A stretch of DNA of 64,000 nucleotides, from NCBI RefSeq assembly GCF_003149375.1, contig NZ_QFWH01000001.1:24753-88752 (forward strand), written 5' to 3'. This DNA is from Vampirovibrio chlorellavorus. Lineage in GTDB: Bacteria > Cyanobacteriota > Vampirovibrionia > Vampirovibrionales > Vampirovibrionaceae. A program made the position numbers and the translations under genes. This document shows positions 53,837-63,900 of this stretch, one piece after another. The notes below the pieces were generated by a model that made no database searches, was not told the DNA's origin, and worked only from the letters and a program-made list of their open reading frames with translations. How positions within the stretch are numbered: the first letter of the stretch is position 1; the number at the start of each line of letters is the position of its first letter.

Positions 53837-55747
53837 CTATAAGGCAACACTTTGCATGAGGGTTTCAATGTCAGGATTCAGGGCCTTGGCCTGAGCCAAT
53901 TTCTCGGTGGCGGCCTCGACTTCTCCCACTTGGCGCAGGGCTTCACTCCAGTAATAACAAATCAGGGCACTCTCTGCCGGGGAGGCGTCGTTGAGCAACA
54001 GGCCAAACCCGCTGTTCAAGGCCTCTACGGAGTCCAGCAAGCCCGCCAGCAGGGCCAGATTGACCTGGGCCTCCAAATGTCCGGGAACTATCCCCAGCAG
54101 GCTATGGAAGGTGGCTTGAGCGGCTTGCCATTGCACTTGCCTCTCTGTCGAAGCGCTGAGCGCCTCAGCCAGCCGCATGTGGCACAAACCCAGCAGGTAA
54201 AGGGCGGGTACGTTCTGTGGCTCCTGCCGCAACACCTGAAGCAGAAAGTCCTGAGCCTCGCCGGATTCGCCCAATTGCATCAGGGTTTCCGCCATGGCCA
54301 CCCTGGCGCTCCGGTGTTCGGGCTCCAGTTGCAGGGTTTTGCGGTACTTGTTCAGGGCGTCCTTGAGATCGCCGTGGCGGTACAAGACCAAGCCGTAAAA
54401 AAAGTTAATTTGGGCCGACTCCGGCTTACGGCGGATGATGGGACGCATCTGCCGCACGGCCTCCAGCGTTTCCCCCTGTTCGCACAGCACCAGCGCCAGA
54501 TTGACAGCGGCATCATCGAGGTCGGGCTTCTCCATCAGGGCTTTTTGTAAGTGCGCTTTGGCTTTGAGCCAGTCTTCCAGCCCCATGTAATAGGTGCCCA
54601 GCAAATAATGGGCTTGCGGGTTCCACTGATCCCGTTGCTCAATGGCCTTCAGGTGCGGAATGGCCTCTTCGGAGCGGCCGGTTTTGATCAGGGCCAGGGC
54701 CAGATTCATAATCAGGGTCAGGTTGTCCGGCTCTTGGGCAAACGCCTTGTTCAAATGCGGCAAGGCCGCTTCAAACTGGCCACACTCCAATAGCTGTTGT
54801 CCCCATTCGGATTCCAGTCCCGGAAAATCCGCCTGCAGGGCATGGCAGTGGGCAAATTGCTGAAAACCTTCCTCATAGTGCCCTTGCTGGCACAGGGCAA
54901 TCCCCCAGCTTAGATAGGCTTCCGGGAGTTCCGGGTTGAGGAGGGTGGCCTGCTTGTAGTTCTCAATGGCCACATCCGGCCGCTTTAAATTGGCCAGAAT
55001 ATCGCCCTGGTTCAGGTAGGCCTCCGCCTTCTCCCAACCCAGTTCAATCGCCCTGCGGGATTTGCTCAGGGCCTCTTCATAGCGTCCCAACCGGTTCAGG
55101 GCCACGCTCCAGAAGTAAAAGGCCTCGGCGTGCTTGGGCAGAAAGCGCAAGGTAATCCTGAATTTTTCGATGGCCCCCTGATAGTCCTGAAGCTCGGCCA
55201 AAATGGCTCCCCATAAAAAATAAACCTGGGGCTGATGGCCAGAGATGGCCAAGGCCTGCCTGAAATGCTTGATGGCCTCCCGGTAATTGCCCTGCCGGGC
55301 CAAAGCAATGCCCCAGTTCACGTGGGGTTCCGGATTTCCGGGGTTCAAGGCAATGGCCTTCTCGTACAACTGGCAGGCCTCTTCAACCTTCCCCTGAGTC
55401 ATGAGAACCGCCCCCCAAAGCATGTAGGGGTTGACCTGTCCGGGATCTTTTTCAATGCAGCATTTAAACTGTTCAATGGCCTCATCCAGCCGGTTCAGCT
55501 TGGCCAGAGCCACCCCCCAGTTCAGGTAAGGCTCGTAGCGATTGGGGGCAATCTCGCTGGCCTGCTTGAATTTGGCCAGCGCTTCTTCCAGCTGGCCGTT
55601 CTGGGCCAAATCCACACCCCAGTTCACATAGGCCATGCCATGGTCAGGGGAGGACTCCACGGCACGCAAGTAATCGGACACAATACGGTTGTACTGCCCG
55701 ACTGTATCCAGAAAACTGCCCAGAAAGCTGCGTATGGTTTTCTTCAT
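53837..55747 (-). CDS. Tetratricopeptide-repeat protein
   Basis: Many ~34-aa repeats (AYVNWGVDLA...A...F..A...P). Confidence 0.93.
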   Translation of the reverse strand: MKKTIRSFLGSFLDTVGQYNRIVSDYLRAVESSPDHGMAYVNWGVDLAQNGQLEEALAKFKQASEIAPNRYEPYLNWGVALAKLNRLDEAIEQFKCCIEKDPGQVNPYMLWGAVLMTQGKVEEACQLYEKAIALNPGNPEPHVNWGIALARQGNYREAIKHFRQALAISGHQPQVYFLWGAILAELQDYQGAIEKFRITLRFLPKHAEAFYFWSVALNRLGRYEEALSKSRRAIELGWEKAEAYLNQGDILANLKRPDVAIENYKQATLLNPELPEAYLSWGIALCQQGHYEEGFQQFAHCHALQADFPGLESEWGQQLLECGQFEAALPHLNKAFAQEPDNLTLIMNLALALIKTGRSEEAIPHLKAIEQRDQWNPQAHYLLGTYYMGLEDWLKAKAHLQKALMEKPDLDDAAVNLALVLCEQGETLEAVRQMRPIIRRKPESAQINFFYGLVLYRHGDLKDALNKYRKTLQLEPEHRSARVAMAETLMQLGESGEAQDFLLQVLRQEPQNVPALYLLGLCHMRLAEALSASTERQVQWQAAQATFHSLLGIVPGHLEAQVNLALLAGLLDSVEALNSGFGLLLNDASPAESALICYYWSEALRQVGEVEAATEKLAQAKALNPDIETLMQSVAL

Positions 55748-55794
55748 GCCGTCTCTAAAGCCATTTATACAGATTGATTATGCCTATCAAAAAC

Positions 55795-55824
55795 CAAAGG
55801 GAGCCTGTTCACAAGCTCCCTTTG
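55795..55824 (-). terminator. Terminator for the small minus-strand gene at 55869
   Basis: CAAAGGGAGC-10 nt-GCTCCCTTTG with a T-run after the stem on the minus strand. Confidence 0.7.
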
Positions 55825-55868
55825 AATGAGGTTGCACCACACTCCGTGAAATTTGGCGTTGAGTCAGC

Positions 55869-56078
55869 TCAGGCCCGATTTTCCCATTCGGCTTGCCCGG
55901 CTTCGGGCCAGCCCAGCTCAGACTCAAAATTCAGGGTGTCGTAGGCGTCCAAATACTCGATAAAATCTTTTTGCTTATAGCGCTGGCGTTTGAGTGAGCG
56001 GGTTTGATACAGTCCTGCGGTGAGATCCAGGGCCTCAAATTTTTCAACATACTTTTTCATGGGCCGGTTCATAGCCAC
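55869..56078 (-). CDS. Small hypothetical protein
   Basis: AGAGGAG RBS before GTG 56078/ATG 56072; own terminator; charged ~67-69 aa. Confidence 0.65.
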   Translation of the reverse strand: MAMNRPMKKYVEKFEALDLTAGLYQTRSLKRQRYKQKDFIEYLDAYDTLNFESELGWPEAGQAEWENRA

Positions 56079-56412
56079 TTGTTCTCCTCTGTTCACTGTG
56101 GGAGTTTACCCAATTGGATCGTGTGTAAATGTCGTTCTTACCCCAATCATCGGCCCATTCCCAAGCCATGCGACAGCAGGCGCAGGCGGACCAACTGGTT
56201 AAAAGCGTATCCCTCTTTCTTGCCTCAAGAAACCTTTAATTGGATTAAATCATTCCGTTTTTTCTTGAGCCTATTATACCAGCTGGACTTTAATGTGAGT
56301 AGCCTCATATTCATCCGACCATTCTCCTCGCGGAAGAGAAGGCCGGGCGAAAAAGAAAGCAACAGAAACGCATCAGACCTCAATCGTCTCTGTCTTTGGA
56401 TGATTCCAAAAC

Positions 56413-56438
56413 AAAATAACGGCCCGAAAGCCGTTATT
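56413..56438. terminator. Hairpin downstream of rpoZ
   Basis: AAATAACGGC-ccgaaa-GCCGTTATTT (coordinates approximate). Confidence 0.7.
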
Positions 56439-56459
56439 TCAGAAACTTTGAAAGCTGAT

Positions 56460-56687
56460 TTAGCCGATCAAGCCGTCGCCGATATCAATCTCGCTGGACT
56501 TCATGATCAAGGCCTGGTAAATCACCTTCTCGGAAGAGGTGGACGCTTTGGAAAAGGGATCGTGGCCCAGTTTGTCCCGATTGTCTTCCAGCAGGCGCTT
56601 GCCCAGTTCGGCAATTTCCAGCACCAGCGCATAGCGGTTGGTTACTTTTTCGTTGAGATCGCAGGCGATCTGGGTAATGGTGGTCAT
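56460..56687 (-). CDS. rpoZ: RNA polymerase omega subunit (cyanobacterial Ycf61-like)
   Basis: 75 aa; NRYALVLEIAELGKRL and KVIYQAL match omega motifs. Confidence 0.7.
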   Translation of the reverse strand: MTTITQIACDLNEKVTNRYALVLEIAELGKRLLEDNRDKLGHDPFSKASTSSEKVIYQALIMKSSEIDIGDGLIG

Positions 56688-56793
56688 GCGGTAAAGCGCT
56701 CCCTTTGTTAGATGGTTGCCGATAATGCGATGATGATGGGTACATTCCGTACATGGCAAGGCTTTTTATTTTAAGGAAAACACCCGGCCAAAG

Positions 56794-58788
56794 TCAATTT
56801 GCGATGGCGCTTTTCAGGGTCAGTTGCACCGGTAAAATGGGACTGACCGAAGTGCTGCTTTCCTCCGGGGCCTTGGGGGTGGCGATGGTGAACATATTGA
56901 AAAACGCTTCCAGCAGACCGGGGTCCCACTTGGTACCGGCCCCCGCTTCCAGAATTTTACGGGCATTGGCCACTTGCATGGCCTTACGGTAGGGCCGATC
57001 GGAGGTCAGGGCATGGAAAGCGTCCACAATAGACACAATGCGGGCCCCCACCGGAATTTTTTCGCCTTTATGCCCGTGGGGATGGCCGCTGCCGTCCCAG
57101 TTTTCGTGGTGACATTCCACCGCCGGGATGATGGGTCGAAGAGAAGCCACCGGGTATAAAATCTGCTGGGCCCCGATGACCGGGTGCTGTTTCATGATTT
57201 CCCACTCTTTTTCATTCAGCGGGCCGTCCTTGCACAAAATATCCTCGGGAATGCCGATTTTACCGATGTCATGCAGGAAGGCCGCCGCCCGAATTTCCTC
57301 CACCTCGGTGGGGGTCATTTTTAAGGCATGGGCCAAGGCCACAGCATAGTTGGCCACCGCTTGAGAGTGCCCCCGGGTGTAGCGATCCTTGGCCTCCAGG
57401 GCCCCGGCCAGCGAAGTGATGGTTTCCAGCATCAGGTCATCGGTCTGGGCTTTGCTGGGGGTCTTTTTCTCGATGTGGTTGACCAGTTCCTGGTAGACGC
57501 TGGGCACGTGAATATTGTCGTACTTGCGGGCCACCTGCGAGGCAAAGACCTCAATCACCGTCTTGTCGTTGAGCTGATCAATCTCTCCGCAGGCAATGCA
57601 GGCGGATTCTCCGGCTTTATTGCCCTTGAACTTGGCCAGATGTAAAGCCTGTTCAGCCAGTTTGAGCAGTTTCTCCCGGGTTTTGGTGTCATCCGGGTAA
57701 GTGGCGTGCCCGATACTGATGGACAAATGTCGGAGCTGCTCGGGCAGGCGGATTTTGAGCCCTTCCAAAAAACGATGGGCGATTTCATCGGCGGCTTTTG
57801 GGCCGGTTTCCGGCAGAATGACCACCACTTCATCCCCGCCATAGCGGGCAATGGTATCCAGACCCCGACTCAGCCTTCTGACGGTGGAGGCCAGATGGCA
57901 AATGGCCTCGTCGCCCGCCTGATGGCCCAACGTCTGGTTGATATCCTCGATGTTGTTGATGTCCAGAATCATGATAGAAACCGAGCCCTGATTGGATTCG
58001 GCCTTGCTCATTTCCCGTTCTAAAACGCCCTGAAAATAGCTGTAATTCATCAGGCCGGTCAGGCTATCCACCTGCGTCTGGCTTTTCATACGGTCCTGCA
58101 GGATGAGGTTCCAGATGAGCTGGGCGATTTGGTCCCGCAGGGTGTACACATAGGACAGCTTGGCCTGCGAGAAGGCGTCCATTTCCTTAAAACCCAGGGT
58201 GAGCATGGCAATGGCCTCGCCCCCGGCGATGAAGGGCACGCTGAACAGGTTAAAACTGTTGGTGCCAGGCTCGGCATCCGCTGCCGCCCAGGGCGTATGG
58301 GACAGAATATCGGCGCCCAGCGACTTGAGGTAGGGGGAAAAGGTGGTATCTTTTAGATTGTAGGCCTGCACCAGATGATTACTGGTGTCGGCGGTGGAAA
58401 TGCGGGGCGGCTCGCTCTGTCTGGAGGTGACTCCGGTATGAATAAAGCGGACCTGAATAAACTCTCCCCGTTCATCCTTGATGGAAAAGCACAGAAAGTC
58501 GATGGGCGTCCCGCTTTTCAGGCGCTTGAGGAAAAATTCCCACACATCGGCCAATGAGGCGGCGGAGCTGACCAGTCGCCGAATTTCTTCTTCCGGGGTG
58601 GCCAGCTTGGTTTTGGCCAGTTTAGAGCCGTGGGGCTTTTTGCCCATCTGCACTTTTTCAGCATGCAAAATGCCGTTGGCGCACTGATCCACCCGCTGGG
58701 ACAAGTGACTGCAAAACTGGTTCCATTTGGCGGCCAGCCGCTTGCTGACCGGCCTGGCTTCATTTTTGGGCAATTCCTGCTTTTCCAC
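56794..58788 (-). CDS. GAF-GGDEF-HD-GYP cyclic di-GMP turnover protein
   Basis: DSLTGL, DINNIEDIN...GHQAGD, RGLD I-site, RYGGDE; YTRGHS, HDIGK, HHENWDGSGHP. Confidence 0.92.
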   Translation of the reverse strand: MEKQELPKNEARPVSKRLAAKWNQFCSHLSQRVDQCANGILHAEKVQMGKKPHGSKLAKTKLATPEEEIRRLVSSAASLADVWEFFLKRLKSGTPIDFLCFSIKDERGEFIQVRFIHTGVTSRQSEPPRISTADTSNHLVQAYNLKDTTFSPYLKSLGADILSHTPWAAADAEPGTNSFNLFSVPFIAGGEAIAMLTLGFKEMDAFSQAKLSYVYTLRDQIAQLIWNLILQDRMKSQTQVDSLTGLMNYSYFQGVLEREMSKAESNQGSVSIMILDINNIEDINQTLGHQAGDEAICHLASTVRRLSRGLDTIARYGGDEVVVILPETGPKAADEIAHRFLEGLKIRLPEQLRHLSISIGHATYPDDTKTREKLLKLAEQALHLAKFKGNKAGESACIACGEIDQLNDKTVIEVFASQVARKYDNIHVPSVYQELVNHIEKKTPSKAQTDDLMLETITSLAGALEAKDRYTRGHSQAVANYAVALAHALKMTPTEVEEIRAAAFLHDIGKIGIPEDILCKDGPLNEKEWEIMKQHPVIGAQQILYPVASLRPIIPAVECHHENWDGSGHPHGHKGEKIPVGARIVSIVDAFHALTSDRPYRKAMQVANARKILEAGAGTKWDPGLLEAFFNMFTIATPKAPEESSTSVSPILPVQLTLKSAIAN

Positions 58789-58894
58789 GCTGAAAAAACT
58801 CCCCGCTGTCTCCCGGAATGAAAGCGGTTACACACGCCTAGTTCAGCAATTCTAACATATTGTAAAGATGGCATGAACTGGCAGTTTTTCAGGA

Positions 58895-60100
58895 CTAACG
58901 CTGGAGCAGACCCAGTTCTTTCCCGATTTTTTCAAAGGCCTCAATACACCGGTCCAGATGGGCCTGAGTGTGGCAGGCGTTGATGATAACCCGCACCCGG
59001 GCTTTATCGGCGGCCACGGTGGGGAATACAATGGCCCGACCATAAATGCCCTCTTCCAACAAGCGCTGGCTGAGCTTCTGGGCCTTTTCGCTGGTGCCCA
59101 CAATCACCGGGCAAAGCGGGGTTTCACTATCAATGGGCAAGCCAATGGACTTCATGCCCGCTTTGAAATAGCGGGTGTTGAACCACAGCTTCTGAATCAG
59201 GGCGTCATCGGCCTCCAAAAGTTCAATGGCCGCCAGACAAGCCGCTACCACCGACGGCGGATGCGGGGTGCTGAACAGCAGCGGGCGGGCCTTGTTGACC
59301 ATGATCTCTCGCATGGCCTGGGTGCTGGCCACGTAGCCACCCATCGAGCCCAGCGCCTTGGACATGGTGCCCACCACAATATCCACCTGATCGTGCAGGC
59401 CAAAGTGATCCACGGTACCTCGGCCATGACTGCCCAAGACACCGCTGCCATGGGCGTCATCCACCATGACGATGGCGTTATACTGCTCGGCCAACGACAC
59501 AATGTCCGGCAATTTGGCGATGTCCCCGTCCATGGAAAACACGCCATCGGTGACGATCAGCCTGCGGCGGGCGGTTTTGTGCTTTTTAAGCACGCTTTCC
59601 AGGGCGTTCATGTCGCTGTGGGCGTAAATATCCTTGCTGGCCCCACGGCTGAGGCGCACGGCATCAATGATACTGGCATGGTTCAGGGCATCGCTGATAA
59701 TAACATCGCCTTCGCCCATAATGGGGGGAATGGCCGCCATGTTGGCCGTAAATCCGGATTGCAGCACCAACGTTGCTTCGCAGTGCTTGAAGCGGGCCAA
59801 CTTTTCTTCCAGTTGCTCGTGAATGCCCATGGTGCCGATGATGGTGCGCACCGCACCCGCGCCCACGCCCAGTTCTCGGGTGGCCTGGATGGCCGCTTCA
59901 ATCAGCTTGGGGTGATTGGCCAAGCCCAGATAGTTGTTGGAGGAGAAATTGAGGATTTGCCGTCCGTTCATGGAAAGTTCGGCATCCTGCGGCCCTTCAA
60001 ACGGTTGCAGGGCCTGGTATAAATGTTCGTCTTTCAGGCGCTGGATTTCATCTTTCAAAAAGTCCAGACGATGTGATTTTTTTTCAGTGCTGGCAGTCAT
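58895..60100 (-). CDS. kbl: Glycine C-acetyltransferase (2-amino-3-ketobutyrate CoA ligase)
   Basis: SSNNYLGLA, SDALNHASIIDA, TDGVFSMDGD, VDDAHG, GTMSKALG; adjacent to tdh. Confidence 0.92.
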   Translation of the reverse strand: MTASTEKKSHRLDFLKDEIQRLKDEHLYQALQPFEGPQDAELSMNGRQILNFSSNNYLGLANHPKLIEAAIQATRELGVGAGAVRTIIGTMGIHEQLEEKLARFKHCEATLVLQSGFTANMAAIPPIMGEGDVIISDALNHASIIDAVRLSRGASKDIYAHSDMNALESVLKKHKTARRRLIVTDGVFSMDGDIAKLPDIVSLAEQYNAIVMVDDAHGSGVLGSHGRGTVDHFGLHDQVDIVVGTMSKALGSMGGYVASTQAMREIMVNKARPLLFSTPHPPSVVAACLAAIELLEADDALIQKLWFNTRYFKAGMKSIGLPIDSETPLCPVIVGTSEKAQKLSQRLLEEGIYGRAIVFPTVAADKARVRVIINACHTQAHLDRCIEAFEKIGKELGLLQR

Positions 60101-60175
60101 GGGGCAATCCTCTGGGTAAATCTTATGGGCTGTTTGGCCCTATTCTTACTGTAGCATAGCCCCAATGGGCTTTTA

Positions 60176-61228
60176 TCAGGGTTTCAGCAGGATCTTGCCG
60201 CTGACGCCCTGGCGAATCAGTTCCATGGCTTGGCCAAACTCGCTCATGGGCAGTTGGTGGGTGATAATAAAGTCCAGATCCAGCTTGCCCGCTTCCATCA
60301 GATCCAGCATGAGTAACCAGGTTTGGAAAATCTGGCGGCCATTGACCCCCACCACTTTGGCTTCCTTGAAAATAATGTCCTTGCTGATATCCAGCTCCAC
60401 CTTACCTTTGGGAATCCCCATCAGCACCACGGTACCACCCAAGCGCAGGCTTTCCAGCGCCCCGTTTATGGCGATGGGGCTGCCGGACATTTCTAGCACC
60501 ACATCCACCCCGCTGCCGCCGGTTTTTTGTTTAAGTTCTTCCGCCACATTGACCTTATCGGCGGCCAACACGGCATCGGCCCCGGCCTTTTCGGCCAGTT
60601 CCAGGCGGAAGGGGGACACATCGGAAGCGAAAACCTTGAGGGCTCCCATGGCTTTGGCCACCACGATGGCAAACAGGCCCAGCGGCCCGCAACCCACCAC
60701 ATGCACCGTTTTCCCGGACACATCGGCCTTGGACACGGCATGCACGGAGTTCCCCAAGGAATCCAGCAAAGCGCCATATTCCGGCTTGATAGAGCTGGGC
60801 AGTTTAACCACCTGCTTGGCCGGAATGGCGATGTACTCGGCAAAACAGCCCGGCAAATCGATGCCGAAGATCTTCACGTTCTCGCAAATGTGCTTGTGCC
60901 CTTGCTGGCATTGCAAGCAGTGACCACAAGGCAGGTGCATTTCCGCGGAGACGTAATCGCCCGGCTTGAGTCCGTGGACTTTGTCGCCCACGCTTTCAAT
61001 CACCCCGCAGAACTCGTGCCCATACACCAACGGGGTTTGGATGCGGTTGGCGCTCCACTCATCCCATTCCGTAATGTGGAAGTCGGTCCCACACACGGAA
61101 GCCAGACTCACCTTGATCAACACCTCTTTGGGGCCGGGTTGGGGTTTATCCACAGTGGCGACTTTAAAGCCTTTTTCCGGGGCGGCCTTTTGGATGGCTT
61201 GCATGGTCTGAATGCTAGTGGCTGGCAT
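60176..61228 (-). CDS. tdh: L-threonine 3-dehydrogenase
   Basis: VCGTDFHI, GHEFCG, CGHCLQC..GHKHIC, GCGPLG, GKILL. Confidence 0.93.
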   Translation of the reverse strand: MPATSIQTMQAIQKAAPEKGFKVATVDKPQPGPKEVLIKVSLASVCGTDFHITEWDEWSANRIQTPLVYGHEFCGVIESVGDKVHGLKPGDYVSAEMHLPCGHCLQCQQGHKHICENVKIFGIDLPGCFAEYIAIPAKQVVKLPSSIKPEYGALLDSLGNSVHAVSKADVSGKTVHVVGCGPLGLFAIVVAKAMGALKVFASDVSPFRLELAEKAGADAVLAADKVNVAEELKQKTGGSGVDVVLEMSGSPIAINGALESLRLGGTVVLMGIPKGKVELDISKDIIFKEAKVVGVNGRQIFQTWLLMLDLMEAGKLDLDFIITHQLPMSEFGQAMELIRQGVSGKILLKP

Positions 61229-61273
61229 GGCGTTCCTTACTGTTCAGGGGTTCAGGGGGAAAGTGTGAATATC

Positions 61274-61753
61274 CTACTGCGAAGTCGCACTGGATGAAAC
61301 GAGGCTTTTAATGCCTGCCCAGTAGGCTCGGCAACCCTCCTTAAAATCAGATGACTTTGGCCATAATGGGGCGGGAGGAAGACCGAGTGCTTTACGTCTT
61401 TTCCGCTCAAGCAAAAAATTCCAGAGTGCAACGCATTGTAAGATAGGCATGGAAATAAAAAGCATTCCTGCAAAGGCTGAAATTGGGCTCAGCAAAAGTG
61501 CTTTTGCATGACTCATAGCGTTTTTGCCAGTAATTAAAGCTAACTGGCATTTACCTACACCAAATAAAGCCCCACCGGCAAACGCCAAGATGGATGCCTC
61601 TTTAAGTGGGATGGGCTGAAGCGGATCTTTATTAAAAACAGGGTGAACAGGCTTTGAGGCAGCCAAAGCCGGCTTTTGTGCTGTTAGCGGCAAGGGATAA
61701 GTGGGTTGTGGATAAGTATAGGGTGGCTGATACCAAGGCGGCAGCGTTGACAT
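61274..61753 (-). CDS. Hypothetical membrane protein with Pro/Tyr-rich N-terminus
   Basis: AAGGGG RBS before ATG 61753; two hydrophobic segments; visibly more AT-rich than its neighbours. Confidence 0.6.
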   Translation of the reverse strand: MSTLPPWYQPPYTYPQPTYPLPLTAQKPALAASKPVHPVFNKDPLQPIPLKEASILAFAGGALFGVGKCQLALITGKNAMSHAKALLLSPISAFAGMLFISMPILQCVALWNFLLERKRRKALGLPPAPLWPKSSDFKEGCRAYWAGIKSLVSSSATSQ

Positions 61754-61876
61754 GATTGATTCCCCTTTAGAAGGGTGCAAAAATACAGCAGCTTTTTAAA
61801 GCTATTATCTCGGTTAAACGTTCCTCAAGATAGAAAATTAATAGCGCTCATTCACTGCTTGAGCCGTCAGTTTGGA

Positions 61877-62977
61877 TTACACATTAAAACGGAAGTGAAC
61901 CACGTCGCCGTCTTTCATGATGTAGTCTTTGCCTTCCAGGCGCATCAAGCCTTTTTCCTTGGCGTTTTTCTCGCCGCCGACGGTCACATAATCGGTGTAA
62001 GCGGTCACTTCAGCCCGAATAAAGCCCTTTTCAAAGTCAGTGTGGATGACTCCGGCGCACTGGGGGGCGGTCATGCCCTTATCATAAGGCCAGGCCCGCA
62101 CTTCTTTTTCGCCAGCCGTAAAGTAGGTTTCCAGACTCAGGGTTTTAAAAGCGGCCTGAATCAAGCCGTCAATGCCAGAGGACTGCACGCCCAGGCTTTC
62201 CAGATAGCCCGACTTCTCAGCTTCATCCAGCTGGGTCAGTTCCGCTTCAATCTGGGCGGAAATGGGCACAGCAATACGGCCCTCTTCAGCGGCCCGGTCA
62301 AACAGCTTTTTAAAGTGCGGATTGCCCAAGGGGTTGGCCAAGTCGCCTTCGGCCACGTTCCCGGCGTAAATGACCGGCTTGGTGCTGAGCAGTTGGGAGC
62401 GCTTGAGCAGGATCTGCTCTTCAGCGCTGAGGGTTTTGTGATCAATGACCCCGGCCCCGTCAATAATGGGCTTGATCTTCTCGAACAGGGCCAGCTTCTC
62501 TTCCGATTCCTTGTCTTTCTGCTTGATCTGTTTGCGCAGGCGCTCCATTTGCTTTTCCATGGAGCTGGAGTCGGCCAGACACAGCTCAATGTGGATGGTT
62601 TCCAGATCCCGCAGGGGATCGACGCTGCCTTCCACATGCACCACATCGGTATCCTCAAAGCAGCGCACCACATGCACAATGGCATCCACTTCCCGAATGT
62701 TGGCCAAAAACTGGTTGCCCAGGCCTTCGCCTTTGCTGGCGCCACGCACCAGCCCGGCAATGTCCACAAATTCAAACACGGCGGGGATGACCGTCTGCGT
62801 TTTAGCCAGCTCCTTCAGCACGGCCAGACGGGGATCGGGCACCTTCACGATGCCCACGTTGGGCTCAATGGTACAGAAGGGGTAGTTGGCGCTTTCCGCC
62901 TGATAAGAAGAGGTAAGGGCGTTAAACAGGGTGGATTTTCCGACGTTGGGAAGTCCGACGATTCCGGCCTTTTGCAA
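61877..62977 (-). CDS. ychF: Redox-regulated ATPase YchF
   Basis: [58 protein letters not shown]. Confidence 0.97.
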   Translation of the reverse strand: MQKAGIVGLPNVGKSTLFNALTSSYQAESANYPFCTIEPNVGIVKVPDPRLAVLKELAKTQTVIPAVFEFVDIAGLVRGASKGEGLGNQFLANIREVDAIVHVVRCFEDTDVVHVEGSVDPLRDLETIHIELCLADSSSMEKQMERLRKQIKQKDKESEEKLALFEKIKPIIDGAGVIDHKTLSAEEQILLKRSQLLSTKPVIYAGNVAEGDLANPLGNPHFKKLFDRAAEEGRIAVPISAQIEAELTQLDEAEKSGYLESLGVQSSGIDGLIQAAFKTLSLETYFTAGEKEVRAWPYDKGMTAPQCAGVIHTDFEKGFIRAEVTAYTDYVTVGGEKNAKEKGLMRLEGKDYIMKDGDVVHFRFNV

Positions 62978-63058
62978 AATAAAGGGTCTCCGTGTGGTTC
63001 CGTGTAAGGGTGTGTAATGGGGGACGTACAGATTGAGCCCGGTCTGGGGTATGATAAT

Positions 63059-63820
63059 GCCATGTCCGCATCATCAATCTACCTGAAACACGAAATCACG
63101 ATCAAGGATCTGCCGGAGTTGACCGGCTCGACCCAACGAGCCAGCCTGGGCAACAAATGGCTGTTTGTGGGCATTGATATGGCCCCCATCGACAGCCTGG
63201 AAACCGGCATCGCCGTTCTGGACCGGGAACGGCGCATTCTGCGCATGGACAAGCTCAGCGACAATGATGACATTTTGCTGTTTCTGGACAATTTGGCCCC
63301 GCCGGAAAACTTGCTGGTGGTGCTGGATATTCCCAAAAGCCTGAGCATACCCAGCAAATGGCGGCAGCAGCAGATTAAAATGCATCCCCTGCACCTGCGC
63401 TCCTCCATTCCTAACGCCACTCAGGAGGTGGTGCCCACCGAGCGCTTTGCCCAGCGGGCCAAGGAGTTTTATGAAGCGGTGGATGAGCGGGGCATCCTGA
63501 TGCTGAACTTTTTTACGGCCCACGCCAAGCTGCGCTACGATTTAAACATGCCCTTCCGCCATCGCAGTTCCCAGGGTTGCCGCACCTTGCAAGCGGCTCT
63601 CAAGCAGCAGTTGTATATTCAGGATGTGCCCGCCAACCTCATGCCCAGCTCCGTGCTGGATGCCATGATTGGCGCTTACACGGCCTGGATGGTCTATAAG
63701 GCTCAAGAGGGGCAGCATTTCCAGCTCTATCGGGATGACGAGCGCCGCCTGTACGTAGACCCTCTGAAACGCTGGATTAAACCCGTCCGCTATCGGCAGG
63801 GTCGCTACCGTTCCGGCTAG
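63059..63820 (+). CDS. DUF429-like protein (RNase H-like fold)
   Basis: FVGIDMA, VVLDIPKSL and LDAMIGAYTA motifs; start uncertain (63017/63059/63062). Confidence 0.55.
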   Translation, partial: AMSASSIYLKHEITIKDLPELTGSTQRASLGNKWLFVGIDMAPIDSLETGIAVLDRERRILRMDKLSDNDDILLFLDNLAPPENLLVVLDIPKSLSIPSKWRQQQIKMHPLHLRSSIPNATQEVVPTERFAQRAKEFYEAVDERGILMLNFFTAHAKLRYDLNMPFRHRSSQGCRTLQAALKQQLYIQDVPANLMPSSVLDAMIGAYTAWMVYKAQEGQHFQLYRDDERRLYVDPLKRWIKPVRYRQGRYRSG

Positions 63821-63900
63821 AGAAGGTGAGGCTGGCTGGCTTTTCTGCGAGATAATGGATTCAAGCATGATGGTAGGCCGTATCAATAGAGGGAACGACT

